Shown here piece after piece: positions 19,196-28,924 of a DNA stretch of 64,000 nt. The stretch is taken from the NCBI GenBank assembly GCA_023228995.1, contig JALOAD010000010.1:11688-75687 (forward strand), written 5' to 3'. Position 1 is the first letter of the stretch. Each line of letters opens with the position of its first letter. Under the pieces are notes generated by a model. It did not search any database and was not told the origin of the DNA. It was given only the letters and a program-made list of their open reading frames with translations. The position numbers and the translations under genes were made by a program. Origin of the DNA: Candidatus Muiribacterium halophilum (GTDB taxonomy: Bacteria; Muiribacteriota; Muiribacteriia; Muiribacteriales; Muiribacteriaceae).

Positions 19196-20272
19196 ATGGA
19201 CCGAGAAATTATGGGTGAAAAAGAATTAAAAGAAAATAGCGTTAATGAAAACATTGCTCCTCAGGAGAATACTTCAGATACAAATAATAATACACCTAAA
19301 AACAATGGCGAAAAACATGCTCATTATGTATTTAAAATCTCTTTTAATGAAATTCATAATGAATTTAATGGTGCAATGGTACTTATGGGTGATACTCAGG
19401 AAAGTAATTTTTCTTCAATAGATGTTGTTATGGATAAAAGTTTTACTCTTTCTATTGATACAGACTGGAATGCTTATCTTGAATTTATACGAAAAAAAAG
19501 AAAAGATGTTCAGGATAGCGGTTCTAATTTTCTTATATTTATTAGAAAGTTAGAAAGTTATTTTAAAAAATCTATTTCAAATGTAAAAATTGATAAGATA
19601 AACAAAATAATCGTAACTACAGAAGATGATATGCTGAGAAATGTTCTTATTAAGAATATAATTGAATCTGAGCTTTCTTCGCTTATAGGGCATGGATTTG
19701 AGGTTGAAACAATCTTAAAAGATGAAATAAAATATTATTTTAAAGAAAATACTAGTAATTTAGCATCTGAAAACTCAGAAGAATCAAATTCATCAGATCA
19801 GAATTTATCTAAAGAAATTATACTTGATGCAATTCCAATGATTGATCCAAATGAAGGTATTAAAGCAAGTGATATAAAAGTAGGTGATAGAATATTTGTA
19901 AGAATTACTGATGATTCAACTGTTGGAAAACATATAGCAAGATCTATTACAAAAACCGATAATCCCGAAGAAATTCCTGTAAGAACTCCAGTTTTTAGTG
20001 CAAAGAAAAATATTATTTCAAAATTTAGAGCATCTTCAGAGGTAATGGAGTTAATGGTTAAGTTTGATGAGGGTGTTTTTGGAAAGGTTGTTGTTCAAAC
20101 TGAAGTTAGATTAAGATCTAAACTTGATGATGAAAAGGAAATAAAAAAAGAAGATGATATACAAGAATCTGAGTATGATGAAAACGAAAAATCTGATTTT
20201 ATTCCTTATATAATTTTAATTGGTGTTGTTTTTATGATATTATATGGAATAATAACATTTCTGGGGAATTGA
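19196..20272 (+). CDS. Hypothetical acidic protein with a C-terminal transmembrane helix, inside the BMC locus
   Basis: No recognisable domain; Asn/Glu/Ser-rich N-terminus and linker; C-terminal FIPYIILIGVVFMILYGIITFLGN helix. Confidence 0.6.
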   Translation: MDREIMGEKELKENSVNENIAPQENTSDTNNNTPKNNGEKHAHYVFKISFNEIHNEFNGAMVLMGDTQESNFSSIDVVMDKSFTLSIDTDWNAYLEFIRKKRKDVQDSGSNFLIFIRKLESYFKKSISNVKIDKINKIIVTTEDDMLRNVLIKNIIESELSSLIGHGFEVETILKDEIKYYFKENTSNLASENSEESNSSDQNLSKEIILDAIPMIDPNEGIKASDIKVGDRIFVRITDDSTVGKHIARSITKTDNPEEIPVRTPVFSAKKNIISKFRASSEVMELMVKFDEGVFGKVVVQTEVRLRSKLDDEKEIKKEDDIQESEYDENEKSDFIPYIILIGVVFMILYGIITFLGN

Positions 20273-20274
20273 TT

Positions 20275-20964
20275 ATGAAAATTGCTATAGCGTCAGATCA
20301 TGGTGGATTTTTTTTAAAAGATCATTTAATTAAATTTTTAAGAGAAAAACATGAAATTATTGATCTTGGTTGTAAATCAGCTGATGATAAAGTCGATTAT
20401 CCTGATTTTGCTGTAAAGGCAGCAGAAAATGTAAGAGATAAAAAAGTTGATTATTCTATTATGATAGATGGAGCAGGTGTAGGTTCTACAATGGTAGCTA
20501 ACAAAGTTCAGAATGTTAGGGCTGCATTATGCAATGATCTTTATTGTGCTAATAATTCTAAAGAGCATAATAATGCAAATATGCTAATAATGGGTTCAAT
20601 GGTAGTTGGTTTAGGTTTAGCAGAAAAAATAGTTAATACTTTTTTAGAAGTTGAATTTGCTGGCGGAAGGCATGAAGCTAGGGTTGAAAAAATAAATTTG
20701 CTTGATAAAGTCAGGAGTATGTTTATGAATAATGATAATATTAAAGAAATGATTAAGGATATTGTTGTGAAAGTATTAAAAATGGATGTGAATTCTAATT
20801 TAAAAATAAATAATGATGATTTACCTGAATTTAGTGAAAAAGTACTTACAGAAGAATATCTTAAAAAAAATAATATAAAAAAAATCAGAATATCTTCAAA
20901 AACAATAATACTTCCTCTGGCAAATGATTATATTCTTGCTAATAAAGTCGAAGTTATAAGATGA
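20275..20964 (+). CDS. rpiB: Ribose-5-phosphate isomerase B with a C-terminal extension of about 85 aa
   Basis: MKIAIASDHGGFFLKDHL ... GGRHEARVEKI RpiB/LacAB core of about 143 aa, then an extension containing amphipathic IKEMIKDIVVKVLKM. Confidence 0.85.
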   Translation: MKIAIASDHGGFFLKDHLIKFLREKHEIIDLGCKSADDKVDYPDFAVKAAENVRDKKVDYSIMIDGAGVGSTMVANKVQNVRAALCNDLYCANNSKEHNNANMLIMGSMVVGLGLAEKIVNTFLEVEFAGGRHEARVEKINLLDKVRSMFMNNDNIKEMIKDIVVKVLKMDVNSNLKINNDDLPEFSEKVLTEEYLKKNNIKKIRISSKTIILPLANDYILANKVEVIR

Positions 20965-21242
20965 ATATTGGAAAAGTTACCGGGAATATAGTATCATCTC
21001 ATAAATATCCTGGGTTTACTGGAACAAAATTAATGCTATTGCAACCTGTTGATTCTATGTATAAAAATGCAGGTAATATAATAATTGCTACAGATAGTGT
21101 AGGAGCAGGAAATGGCGAGTATGTGATTTATATCACAAGTTCAGAAGCTTGTATTCCTTTTGTGGATGTTGTAAAATATATACCGACAGATGCAACAATT
21201 GTTGGTATAATTGATAAAATAGATATAATGCAGGAAAGTTAA
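20961..21242 (+). CDS. BMC-P vertex protein, copy 2
   Basis: MNIGKVTGNIVSSHKYPGFTGTKLMLLQPV ... ATDSVGAG. Confidence 0.88.
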   Translation: MNIGKVTGNIVSSHKYPGFTGTKLMLLQPVDSMYKNAGNIIIATDSVGAGNGEYVIYITSSEACIPFVDVVKYIPTDATIVGIIDKIDIMQES

Positions 21243-21244
21243 TA

Positions 21245-21529
21245 ATGTTTTTAGCAAAAGTTATTGGAAATGTTGTTTCATCGCATAAAAACATTGAGCT
21301 TAACGGCAAAAAACTTCTTGTTGTAAAGAAGATTAATCCTGTAGATTATAAGACTTTTGGTAAGGATATAATTGCAATAGATACAGTTGGAGCTGGGAAT
21401 GGTGAGATTGTATTTCTTGTTAAAGAAGGATCAGTTGCACAACAGCTTCTTGATAATAAAAATGTACCAGTACATACAGTTATTCTAGGAATAGTTGATA
21501 AAATTGATATTACGGAGGAGAAAGTATGA
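21245..21529 (+). CDS. BMC-P vertex protein, copy 3
   Basis: [27 protein letters not shown] ... AIDTVGAG. Confidence 0.88.
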   Translation: MFLAKVIGNVVSSHKNIELNGKKLLVVKKINPVDYKTFGKDIIAIDTVGAGNGEIVFLVKEGSVAQQLLDNKNVPVHTVILGIVDKIDITEEKV

Positions 21530-21792
21530 GGAGAGCTCTGGGAATGGTTGAAACTAAAGGGCTTATTAGCATGATTGAAGCATCAGATGCTATGGTGAAA
21601 GCTGCTAATGTTGAACTTGTAGGATATGAAAAGATAGGAAGTGGTTATGTTACTACAATGGTCAGAGGAGATGTTGGAGCTGTAAAAGCTGCTGTTGAAG
21701 CTGGAGCTACTGCTGCTGCAAGAGTTGGAGAATTGGTTTCTACTCATGTTATTCCTTCTCCACATGAAGATGTTGAAAAAATCCTTGGCTGA
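21526..21792 (+). CDS. BMC-H hexameric shell protein, copy 2
   Basis: [53 protein letters not shown]. Confidence 0.95.
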   Translation: MRRALGMVETKGLISMIEASDAMVKAANVELVGYEKIGSGYVTTMVRGDVGAVKAAVEAGATAAARVGELVSTHVIPSPHEDVEKILG

Positions 21793-21804
21793 TAAGAGGT
21801 TGTC

Positions 21805-22611
21805 ATGAATAATTATAATGAACTTGTTGAACTTATCACAAGAGAAGTTCTAAATGAAATTGGAAAAAAAGGAGAATCAGTATTTTTAAAGTCTAATATT
21901 AAAAATATTGTAAACTCTGAAATTTCTAATTTAGAAAAAAAAGATAATAATGAAATAGCATCTTATATAGATCATACGCTTTTAAAACCAGAAGCTTCAG
22001 AAGAAGAAATAATTAAAATTTGTAAAGAAGCTATGGAATATAATTTTTGGTCTGTATGTGTTAATCCAACATGGGTGAAGACTGCTTACAGTATTCTTAA
22101 AGATTCTAAAGTAAAAGTTTGTACTGTTGTAGGATTTCCTCTTGGAGCAACACCAGGTGAAGTAAAAGCATTTGAAGCTGATAGAGCTATTAAAGATGGT
22201 GCTTCTGAAGTTGATATGGTTATAAATATTGGTTATATAAAGAGTAAAAAATTTGATGAAGTAAAAGAAGATATAAAAAAAGTAAAACAAGCTTGTGGAA
22301 ATACTTTGCTTAAAGTTATACTTGAAACTTGTCTTTTAACTTCTAATGAAAAGATAAAAGCATGTGAAATCTGTAAATCAGCAGGTGCTGATTATGTGAA
22401 AACATCAACAGGTTTTAGCGTATCAGGAGCAACAGCTGAAGATATTGCACTTATGAGAAGAATTGTAGGTGAAGATATGGGTGTAAAAGCTTCTGGTGGT
22501 GTGAGAGATTCAGAAGGTGCATTAAAAATGATAAAATCAGGTGCAAGCAGAGTTGGTGCTTCAGCATCTATTGCCATAGTAAAAGGACAATATGATCATA
22601 CTGGTTATTGA
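21805..22611 (+). CDS. deoC: Deoxyribose-phosphate aldolase with N-terminal encapsulation-peptide-like helix and linker
   Basis: DERA core from [10 protein letters not shown] with Schiff-base motif [10 protein letters not shown] and KASGGV; first 50 aa form an amphipathic helix ([15 protein letters not shown]) plus an Asn/Ser-rich linker. Confidence 0.9.
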   Translation: MNNYNELVELITREVLNEIGKKGESVFLKSNIKNIVNSEISNLEKKDNNEIASYIDHTLLKPEASEEEIIKICKEAMEYNFWSVCVNPTWVKTAYSILKDSKVKVCTVVGFPLGATPGEVKAFEADRAIKDGASEVDMVINIGYIKSKKFDEVKEDIKKVKQACGNTLLKVILETCLLTSNEKIKACEICKSAGADYVKTSTGFSVSGATAEDIALMRRIVGEDMGVKASGGVRDSEGALKMIKSGASRVGASASIAIVKGQYDHTGY

Positions 22612-22630
22612 TCTTTTGGATAATTAAGTA

Positions 22631-24790
22631 ATGAAATTAACTAAAACTCAGATATTAAGTCTTTTTGATACATTAATATCAAAAACTTTATATCTGGGTT
22701 CTTCTTTTTTTAAGAGAATTGATGAAGCTCAAAGATATAATCAGGATACAATCGAAATTTTACCCTTTCAACTTGAAAATATAAGTCAAATAAAAAACTC
22801 TGATAATTTTAAATGGAGTCTTCTTATAGGTTATCCATTAGGTATTGAAAGTACTAATGCCAAATTATATGAAATTGAGAAAAGCCTTGAATTTGCAATT
22901 GACGAAATAGTACTAATGCCAAATTTATGCTGGCTTAAAGATGGTGAATATGAAAAAATCAGAAAAGAATTAAGTATAATAAAAGAAAAAGTTAGAATTC
23001 CAGTAAAAGTTATACTCAACAATATTCTTATTACTAGAGAAGAATTTGAAAAGCTCGCACAGATTACCGAAAATATGGGAATAATACTTATTCATTCTTA
23101 TGAAAATCTAAATGTAGAAAAAGAAAAGACCAAATCAAAATTTATTAGACAAACAAATTTTAATGGACAACTTGTAAGGGTAAAACTCAGAAATAAAGAA
23201 ATAATAACAGAAAAAATATCTGGATTTGATACTATTTTTAGAGGAAGAAATATAAATTCAGGTTATTTATGGAAAAATAATATATTTCAGTATAATTCTT
23301 TTGATTTTTTAAATAAAATAATAATAACACCAGGTACTTTAGCTGGAAGCGGCATTTCAGCCTCGTCTGTTTTATCAGTTGGATTTAAATCTCCTATGAA
23401 TGAGGGAATAAAAAATCTTGAATTAGAGTGTTTGTTTAGTGATAGGCTTATGGCATGCGGTATCAAATCATTAGTTATTGATGAAATTGCTGACGAACTT
23501 TCTATAATATATATTGCAAAAGATAGAATTGAGATAATACCTACTCCTGAATATGAAAAAATGGATATTTCAATTTTGTTTGAAAATATCAGACAAGAGT
23601 ATGGAGATGTTTCTATAATAGGCATTGGACCTTGTGGAGAAGAAAAATTTATATCATCAACAATAGTTGCAACAGATCATGAAGGAAATCCAGCTATAAT
23701 GCCATCCAGAGGTTCTGGTATTGGTGCAATATTTGGTTCTAAAAAAATAAAAGCTGTAATAATAGAAAATATTAAACAAAATAGCTTTTTTTCAGAAAAA
23801 GAAAATAAACTTATAAATTCTTTTGAAGAACATCTTATAGAAAATACAATATCTGGAAGAATGCTTCCAAGACATTCTACAATGGGTTTTTTTGAAGTTA
23901 ATAATATGCTTTCTTGTCTTCCATGCGAAAATTATAGGAAATCTTCGCTTGATAACAGCATTATAAAAAATATAATGGATGATTTTAAATCTAAATTTGA
24001 TTTGACAAGATCAGAAAACAATATTGTTCGTTTTTTTAATAAACAAAAAAATAAATTTAGAAATATTAATTATATTGATTTTGCAGGTCTGGCATTGGTA
24101 AACGGAATATACGATATAGATATTTTTTTAGATTTATATGAGTGGTGTTTTGAAAAAGGTGTTGATCCGATTGAAATCGGAGGAGCTTTTGCAGTTGCAA
24201 ATGAAGCTGGTATAATAACAAGTAATGGATTAAATTCTGATTTTTTGGATAATATTTTTGAAAACGATGATTGGAGAACAAAAGTTATACTTCAAGGTGG
24301 AGCAATTGCATCTAAAACTTTAGGAATAGGAAGAGCTCCTGTAATAAATGGCGAAGTAATGCTTCCTTATGATATAAGATCTATGGTACTTTCGGGTATT
24401 GCTCAAAAAAACGGTATATCAAATGATGAAAGTAATAATTTTTCTCAATCTTATTATTATTCATTTAGAGATATATCTAATATTGAGGATAAATTGGAAG
24501 AAATTAATATTAATATGGAACATCTTAGTACAGCATTGAATGTTCTTGGGCTTTCAAGATATTGTATATTTGCTTTTCTTAAAAATACAAAAATGTTCAA
24601 TCTTGTGATTGATACTATAAATTCGCTTTATAATTCAAAATTATTAAGCGGTGATATACTTAAAATTTCAAGGCAAGTTTTAAAATCAGAACAAAAATTT
24701 AACAATAAATGCGGTTTGTATTATAATTATAATATTCCGTCCTTTTTTAGAGAAGAGCAAAATAGCAAAGGAAATATATTTAAATATTAA
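22631..24790 (+). CDS. Fusion of a degenerate DeoC-like TIM-barrel domain with an aldehyde:ferredoxin oxidoreductase (AOR/GAPOR-family)-like protein lacking cofactor ligands
   Basis: aa 60-190 align to the DeoC of this locus (LLIGYPLGIESTNAKLYEIEKSLEFAIDEIVLM vs [32 protein letters not shown]) but lack KTSTGF; aa about 200-380 match the AOR N-domain (KSPMNEG..., IGIGPCGEEKF..., RGSGIGAIFGSKKIKAVII); C-terminal domains align but the CxxCxxxC cluster ligands are absent. Confidence 0.6.
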   Translation: MKLTKTQILSLFDTLISKTLYLGSSFFKRIDEAQRYNQDTIEILPFQLENISQIKNSDNFKWSLLIGYPLGIESTNAKLYEIEKSLEFAIDEIVLMPNLCWLKDGEYEKIRKELSIIKEKVRIPVKVILNNILITREEFEKLAQITENMGIILIHSYENLNVEKEKTKSKFIRQTNFNGQLVRVKLRNKEIITEKISGFDTIFRGRNINSGYLWKNNIFQYNSFDFLNKIIITPGTLAGSGISASSVLSVGFKSPMNEGIKNLELECLFSDRLMACGIKSLVIDEIADELSIIYIAKDRIEIIPTPEYEKMDISILFENIRQEYGDVSIIGIGPCGEEKFISSTIVATDHEGNPAIMPSRGSGIGAIFGSKKIKAVIIENIKQNSFFSEKENKLINSFEEHLIENTISGRMLPRHSTMGFFEVNNMLSCLPCENYRKSSLDNSIIKNIMDDFKSKFDLTRSENNIVRFFNKQKNKFRNINYIDFAGLALVNGIYDIDIFLDLYEWCFEKGVDPIEIGGAFAVANEAGIITSNGLNSDFLDNIFENDDWRTKVILQGGAIASKTLGIGRAPVINGEVMLPYDIRSMVLSGIAQKNGISNDESNNFSQSYYYSFRDISNIEDKLEEININMEHLSTALNVLGLSRYCIFAFLKNTKMFNLVIDTINSLYNSKLLSGDILKISRQVLKSEQKFNNKCGLYYNYNIPSFFREEQNSKGNIFKY

Positions 24791-24811
24791 AATTTTTTAT
24801 AGGGAGGAGAT

Positions 24812-25978
24812 TTGAAAAGAATTTGTATTGTAGTACTTGATAGTGTTGGGGTTGGTTATCTTCCTGATGCTCATGAATATAATGATTTTGGAGCTAATAC
24901 TCTTTTACATATAGATGAAAATACAAAGATGAATTTACCTAATATGGAAAAACTTGGTCTTGGTAATATTATAGATTTTAAAAATATAAAAAAAGAAGAA
25001 AATCCAACAGCATGCTATGGTAAAATGGCTGAACTTTCAAAAGGTAAAGATACAATTACCGGACATTGGGAAATTGCTGGTATTGTACTTGAAAAACCTT
25101 TTCCAGTTTATGAAAACGGATTTCCAGAAGATATTATTAAAAAATTTGAAAAATTGACTGGAAAAAAAGTTATTGGAAATAAACCCGCAAGTGGTACAGA
25201 AATATTAAAAGAACTTGGAGAAAAACATTTAAGTACAGGTGCTCTTATAGTTTATACATCAGCTGATAGTGTTTTTCAAATTGCAGCACATGAGAGTTTG
25301 ATTCCTGTTGATGAACTTTATGATATTTGCATTAAAGCAAGAAAGCTTCTTACTGGTGAACATAGTGTTGGAAGAGTTATAGCAAGACCTTTTAATGGAA
25401 ATAACAAAGATGATTTTAAAAGAACACAAAATAGAAAAGATTTTCCTTTAAGACCTTATGAAAATATGCTTGAAAAATTAAAAGAAAACGGTCTTGATGT
25501 AATGGCTGTTGGCAAAATAGAAGATATATTTGCTGGTTACGGAATTACTTTATCATCTGGACATAATGATAATAATAAACATGGTGTAGATAATACTATT
25601 AAATTTTTAAAAGAAAAAAATAATGGTTTAATATTTACCAATCTTGTTGATTTTGACATGGTATATGGTCATAGAAATGATTTTAAAGGATATGCAAAAG
25701 CATTGGAAGAATTTGACTCTATGCTTCCAAAATTAATGAATAGTATGAAAGAAGACGATATTTTAATTATAACAGCAGATCATGGATGTGATCCTTTGTT
25801 TCCTGGAACAGATCATACAAGAGAATATGTACCACTTATTGTTTATGGCAAAAATATAAAAAAAGGTGTAAATCTAGGAATTAGAAAAGGATTTAACGAT
25901 ATATCTGCAACTGTATTAGAATATTTTAATATTGAAAAAATTACCGGTGAGTCATTTCTCGGGGAGATAAATGTCTAA
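24812..25978 (+). CDS. deoB: Phosphopentomutase
   Basis: [16 protein letters not shown]-terminus and ITADHGCDP metal-site motif; TTG start 4 nt after GGGAGG. Confidence 0.9.
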   Translation: MKRICIVVLDSVGVGYLPDAHEYNDFGANTLLHIDENTKMNLPNMEKLGLGNIIDFKNIKKEENPTACYGKMAELSKGKDTITGHWEIAGIVLEKPFPVYENGFPEDIIKKFEKLTGKKVIGNKPASGTEILKELGEKHLSTGALIVYTSADSVFQIAAHESLIPVDELYDICIKARKLLTGEHSVGRVIARPFNGNNKDDFKRTQNRKDFPLRPYENMLEKLKENGLDVMAVGKIEDIFAGYGITLSSGHNDNNKHGVDNTIKFLKEKNNGLIFTNLVDFDMVYGHRNDFKGYAKALEEFDSMLPKLMNSMKEDDILIITADHGCDPLFPGTDHTREYVPLIVYGKNIKKGVNLGIRKGFNDISATVLEYFNIEKITGESFLGEINV

Positions 25979-28088
25979 ATTTGATGAAGTTATCTTTAAA
26001 TTAAATAGCCGAAATATTAAAGAAAGAATTGAAGCAGTTACTGAACTTGGTGATTTAGGTGATCCTAGAGGTGTTGAATATCTTATAAATAATCTTCCTG
26101 AACTTCATTCAGAATTGAGATTAAATATAATAAGAGCATTAAAAAAAATAAAAGATCCGTCAGCAAGTGGTCCACTTATAGTAGTTTATGATGAAACTCC
26201 TTCTCAGATAATAAGGCATGAGATAATAAATGCATTGCTTGCAATATGTGATGATCATTCTATAAACAAACTTATGCAGATTGTAAATGATATTACAGAA
26301 GAAATATATCTTCGTGTAACTATACTTAAAGAAATAACAAAATTTAGATTAAAAGATTCTTCTGATATAATTAATACTTCGGTTTCTTTGTTAAAAGATA
26401 AAAATGTAGAGATTAGAAAAAATGCTCTTAATCTAATAAATGAGTATAGAGTTAGAAATATTCAAAATTATCTTTTCCCTCTTTTAAAAGAAGATGATAT
26501 AGAAGTTAGAAATAAAGCTCTTGTATATCTTTATAAAACCGAAGGCGAGGTAGTGATTAACAAAGTTATAAATATTCTTTCATCCAATCAAGTTGATAAT
26601 AATGATAAAGCAAAGATAGTTGAGGTGCTTGGAAGTATTAGAGTTGAAAAAGTTGTTAATCTTCTTAAAAAACTAATTATATGTAATATTGAAATAATCA
26701 GAAAAAATGCTATTTTTTCTCTAGTCCATACAGGCGAGAAGGGAATACATGAAGAAATTTCCAAAAGATTAAAAGATAATTCAGCAGAAGTTAGAAAAGC
26801 TGCACTTACAGCACTTACTAATATCAAAGCTTCTATGTATGTAAAAAATATTATTCCATTAATAATGGATAAAGATGAAGGTGTTAGAACAGATGCAGTT
26901 TATGCTCTTAAAAATCTTATCAATACAGTTGATCTTATTAAACTTGAACCTTTGATGAAAAATCCAAATCTAAATGTTGTAAGAGCTGTTCTTGAAGTAT
27001 TTGCAGATAAAAAATATGTACCAGCGGGTTTTTATGATTTAATTAATTCTCTTTATACTTCAGATGATGATATAATAAAAAAAGTTGTAATTCGTATTCT
27101 TGGTATTAATAAAGATAAAAAAGCTTTTGATAAACTACTTTTGCTTTTTTCAGGCGGAAGTGAAAATATAAAAATAGATATACTCTATAATCTCAAAGAG
27201 TTTAAAAGTCTTTACACTGTGCTTATTCCATCACTTTTTGAAAAATATAAAGATGAGGATTCAGAAAAAATCAGAGCTGTTATGACTGATATAATTGCAC
27301 TTGGTAATGATAGAGAAAGTGGTAAAATATTACTTTATATTGTTAAAAACGAGACAGATGGCCGAACCAAAAGTAATGCTGTTGAAGCATTAGAAAATTA
27401 TGTTGATATAATTGATGAGGTAGATTTGGTAAATACAATAATGCCTTGTCTTAAAGATAGTAACAATAGGGTTAAAGCTAATGCTGCTAAAGCATTGTGG
27501 ACACTTGGCGGGCTTAGAATGGTATCAATGCTTGAAGATATGCTTAGAAGCGAGGATAGATGGCAGAGAGCGAGTGCATGCTTTGTGCTTGGTGAGATTG
27601 CAGCTATTCAGGTTGTACCTGTGCTTAAAAGATGTCTTGATGATTCTGAGGATGTTGTAAGAGGAAATGCTGTAAAAGCACTTGCAAAATGTGGTGAATT
27701 TGATGTAGTGCATGATTATATATCAAAATATAATTCAGAAACAGATGTTGTTAGGCAGGCTATTGTTTTTTCATGTAGATTTTTTAATAATGATGAAACT
27801 AAAGAATTTCTTGTTAATATGCTTGAAGAAAAAAATGCTAATATTTCAAAAGAAGCTGCTTATTCAATAAAATTCCTAATAAAAGAAGATATATATCTTG
27901 TTGAGAAAGTATCTTATAAGATTGAAAAACTTGATAAAGAAATTATAAAAATACTTGTTGACCCTATAGGAGACTCTCAGAGTTCATTTGCACTTGAACT
28001 ACTCGAAAGATTAAGTTATTATGATGATATTGAGATATCTTCAAAAGCATCAAATATATTAAAAAAGGTAAATAAAGTTGCATTATAA
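25971..28088 (+). CDS. HEAT-repeat (PBS-lyase HEAT-like) protein, 705 aa, translationally coupled to deoB
   Basis: About 20 repeats of the ...D(p)xxRVRxxAxxALgxig form ([38 protein letters not shown]); ATG overlaps the deoB stop by 8 nt. Confidence 0.75.
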   Translation: MSKFDEVIFKLNSRNIKERIEAVTELGDLGDPRGVEYLINNLPELHSELRLNIIRALKKIKDPSASGPLIVVYDETPSQIIRHEIINALLAICDDHSINKLMQIVNDITEEIYLRVTILKEITKFRLKDSSDIINTSVSLLKDKNVEIRKNALNLINEYRVRNIQNYLFPLLKEDDIEVRNKALVYLYKTEGEVVINKVINILSSNQVDNNDKAKIVEVLGSIRVEKVVNLLKKLIICNIEIIRKNAIFSLVHTGEKGIHEEISKRLKDNSAEVRKAALTALTNIKASMYVKNIIPLIMDKDEGVRTDAVYALKNLINTVDLIKLEPLMKNPNLNVVRAVLEVFADKKYVPAGFYDLINSLYTSDDDIIKKVVIRILGINKDKKAFDKLLLLFSGGSENIKIDILYNLKEFKSLYTVLIPSLFEKYKDEDSEKIRAVMTDIIALGNDRESGKILLYIVKNETDGRTKSNAVEALENYVDIIDEVDLVNTIMPCLKDSNNRVKANAAKALWTLGGLRMVSMLEDMLRSEDRWQRASACFVLGEIAAIQVVPVLKRCLDDSEDVVRGNAVKALAKCGEFDVVHDYISKYNSETDVVRQAIVFSCRFFNNDETKEFLVNMLEEKNANISKEAAYSIKFLIKEDIYLVEKVSYKIEKLDKEIIKILVDPIGDSQSSFALELLERLSYYDDIEISSKASNILKKVNKVAL

Positions 28089-28851
28089 AAAAAATTTAAT
28101 AATTAGTCTTGTATTGATTGCCTCTGTAATTTCTATATCGTGTAAAAGAATTCCAGCACCATCAGGAAGAAACAGAGCTGTTGTATCAAAGACATCATCA
28201 GAATATTACACAATATCAAAAGGAGATACTCTTTTTTCTATATCCAAGCAATTTAATGCGAGTATAGATTATCTTCAAAAAGTTAATAATATTAAAAATC
28301 CTAATTTCCTTCATATAGGACAAAAAATTTATGTTGGAAAAAAAGAGATAAAGCTTGATAGCAGTGGAGATATAAAAAAAGATAAAAAAATAGTTTCTAA
28401 TAATAAAAATACAAAAGTAACAAAAATAAATAAAGATAAACCTAATTCTAATGTTAATATAAAAAACTATAATGTAAAAGCATTTATAATAATGCCGTCC
28501 AACGGAGAAATTCTTTATAAATTCAATGATATGAAAAACGGTATAAGAGTTGAAGGTATTGAGATAAAAAATAACAAAGATACTTTTGTAAAAGCAACAG
28601 CTTCAGGTGATATTGTTTATGTTGATGAAGATGAAAAAAATAAAATATTAATAATTGATCATAAAAATAATTTTTATACAGTTTATTCAGATTTAAAAAA
28701 AGTTACTGTTAAAATGGGAGATATAGTTAAGGGTGGGGAAGTAATTGGAAGTACAGAACAGGGAAAAAGCTTTTATTTTGAGCTAAAAAGATTTCAAAAT
28801 GAAAACAATCCTGTCGCTGTAAATCCTGATTTTTATATTTTGCAGAAATAA
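28078..28851 (+). CDS. LysM / peptidase-M23-like (LytM-domain) lipoprotein
   Basis: Signal peptide/lipobox-like ISISCK; LysM (YYTISKGDTLFSISKQFN...IGQKIYV); C-terminal M23 fold that may be degenerate; overlaps the HEAT gene stop. Confidence 0.7.
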   Translation: MHYKKNLIISLVLIASVISISCKRIPAPSGRNRAVVSKTSSEYYTISKGDTLFSISKQFNASIDYLQKVNNIKNPNFLHIGQKIYVGKKEIKLDSSGDIKKDKKIVSNNKNTKVTKINKDKPNSNVNIKNYNVKAFIIMPSNGEILYKFNDMKNGIRVEGIEIKNNKDTFVKATASGDIVYVDEDEKNKILIIDHKNNFYTVYSDLKKVTVKMGDIVKGGEVIGSTEQGKSFYFELKRFQNENNPVAVNPDFYILQK

Positions 28852-28924
28852 AACGCATTATATTTTGACTAATATATGTTATTTTATTAATATATATTAC
28901 AACAAATCCCGCAGGAGGTTACAA

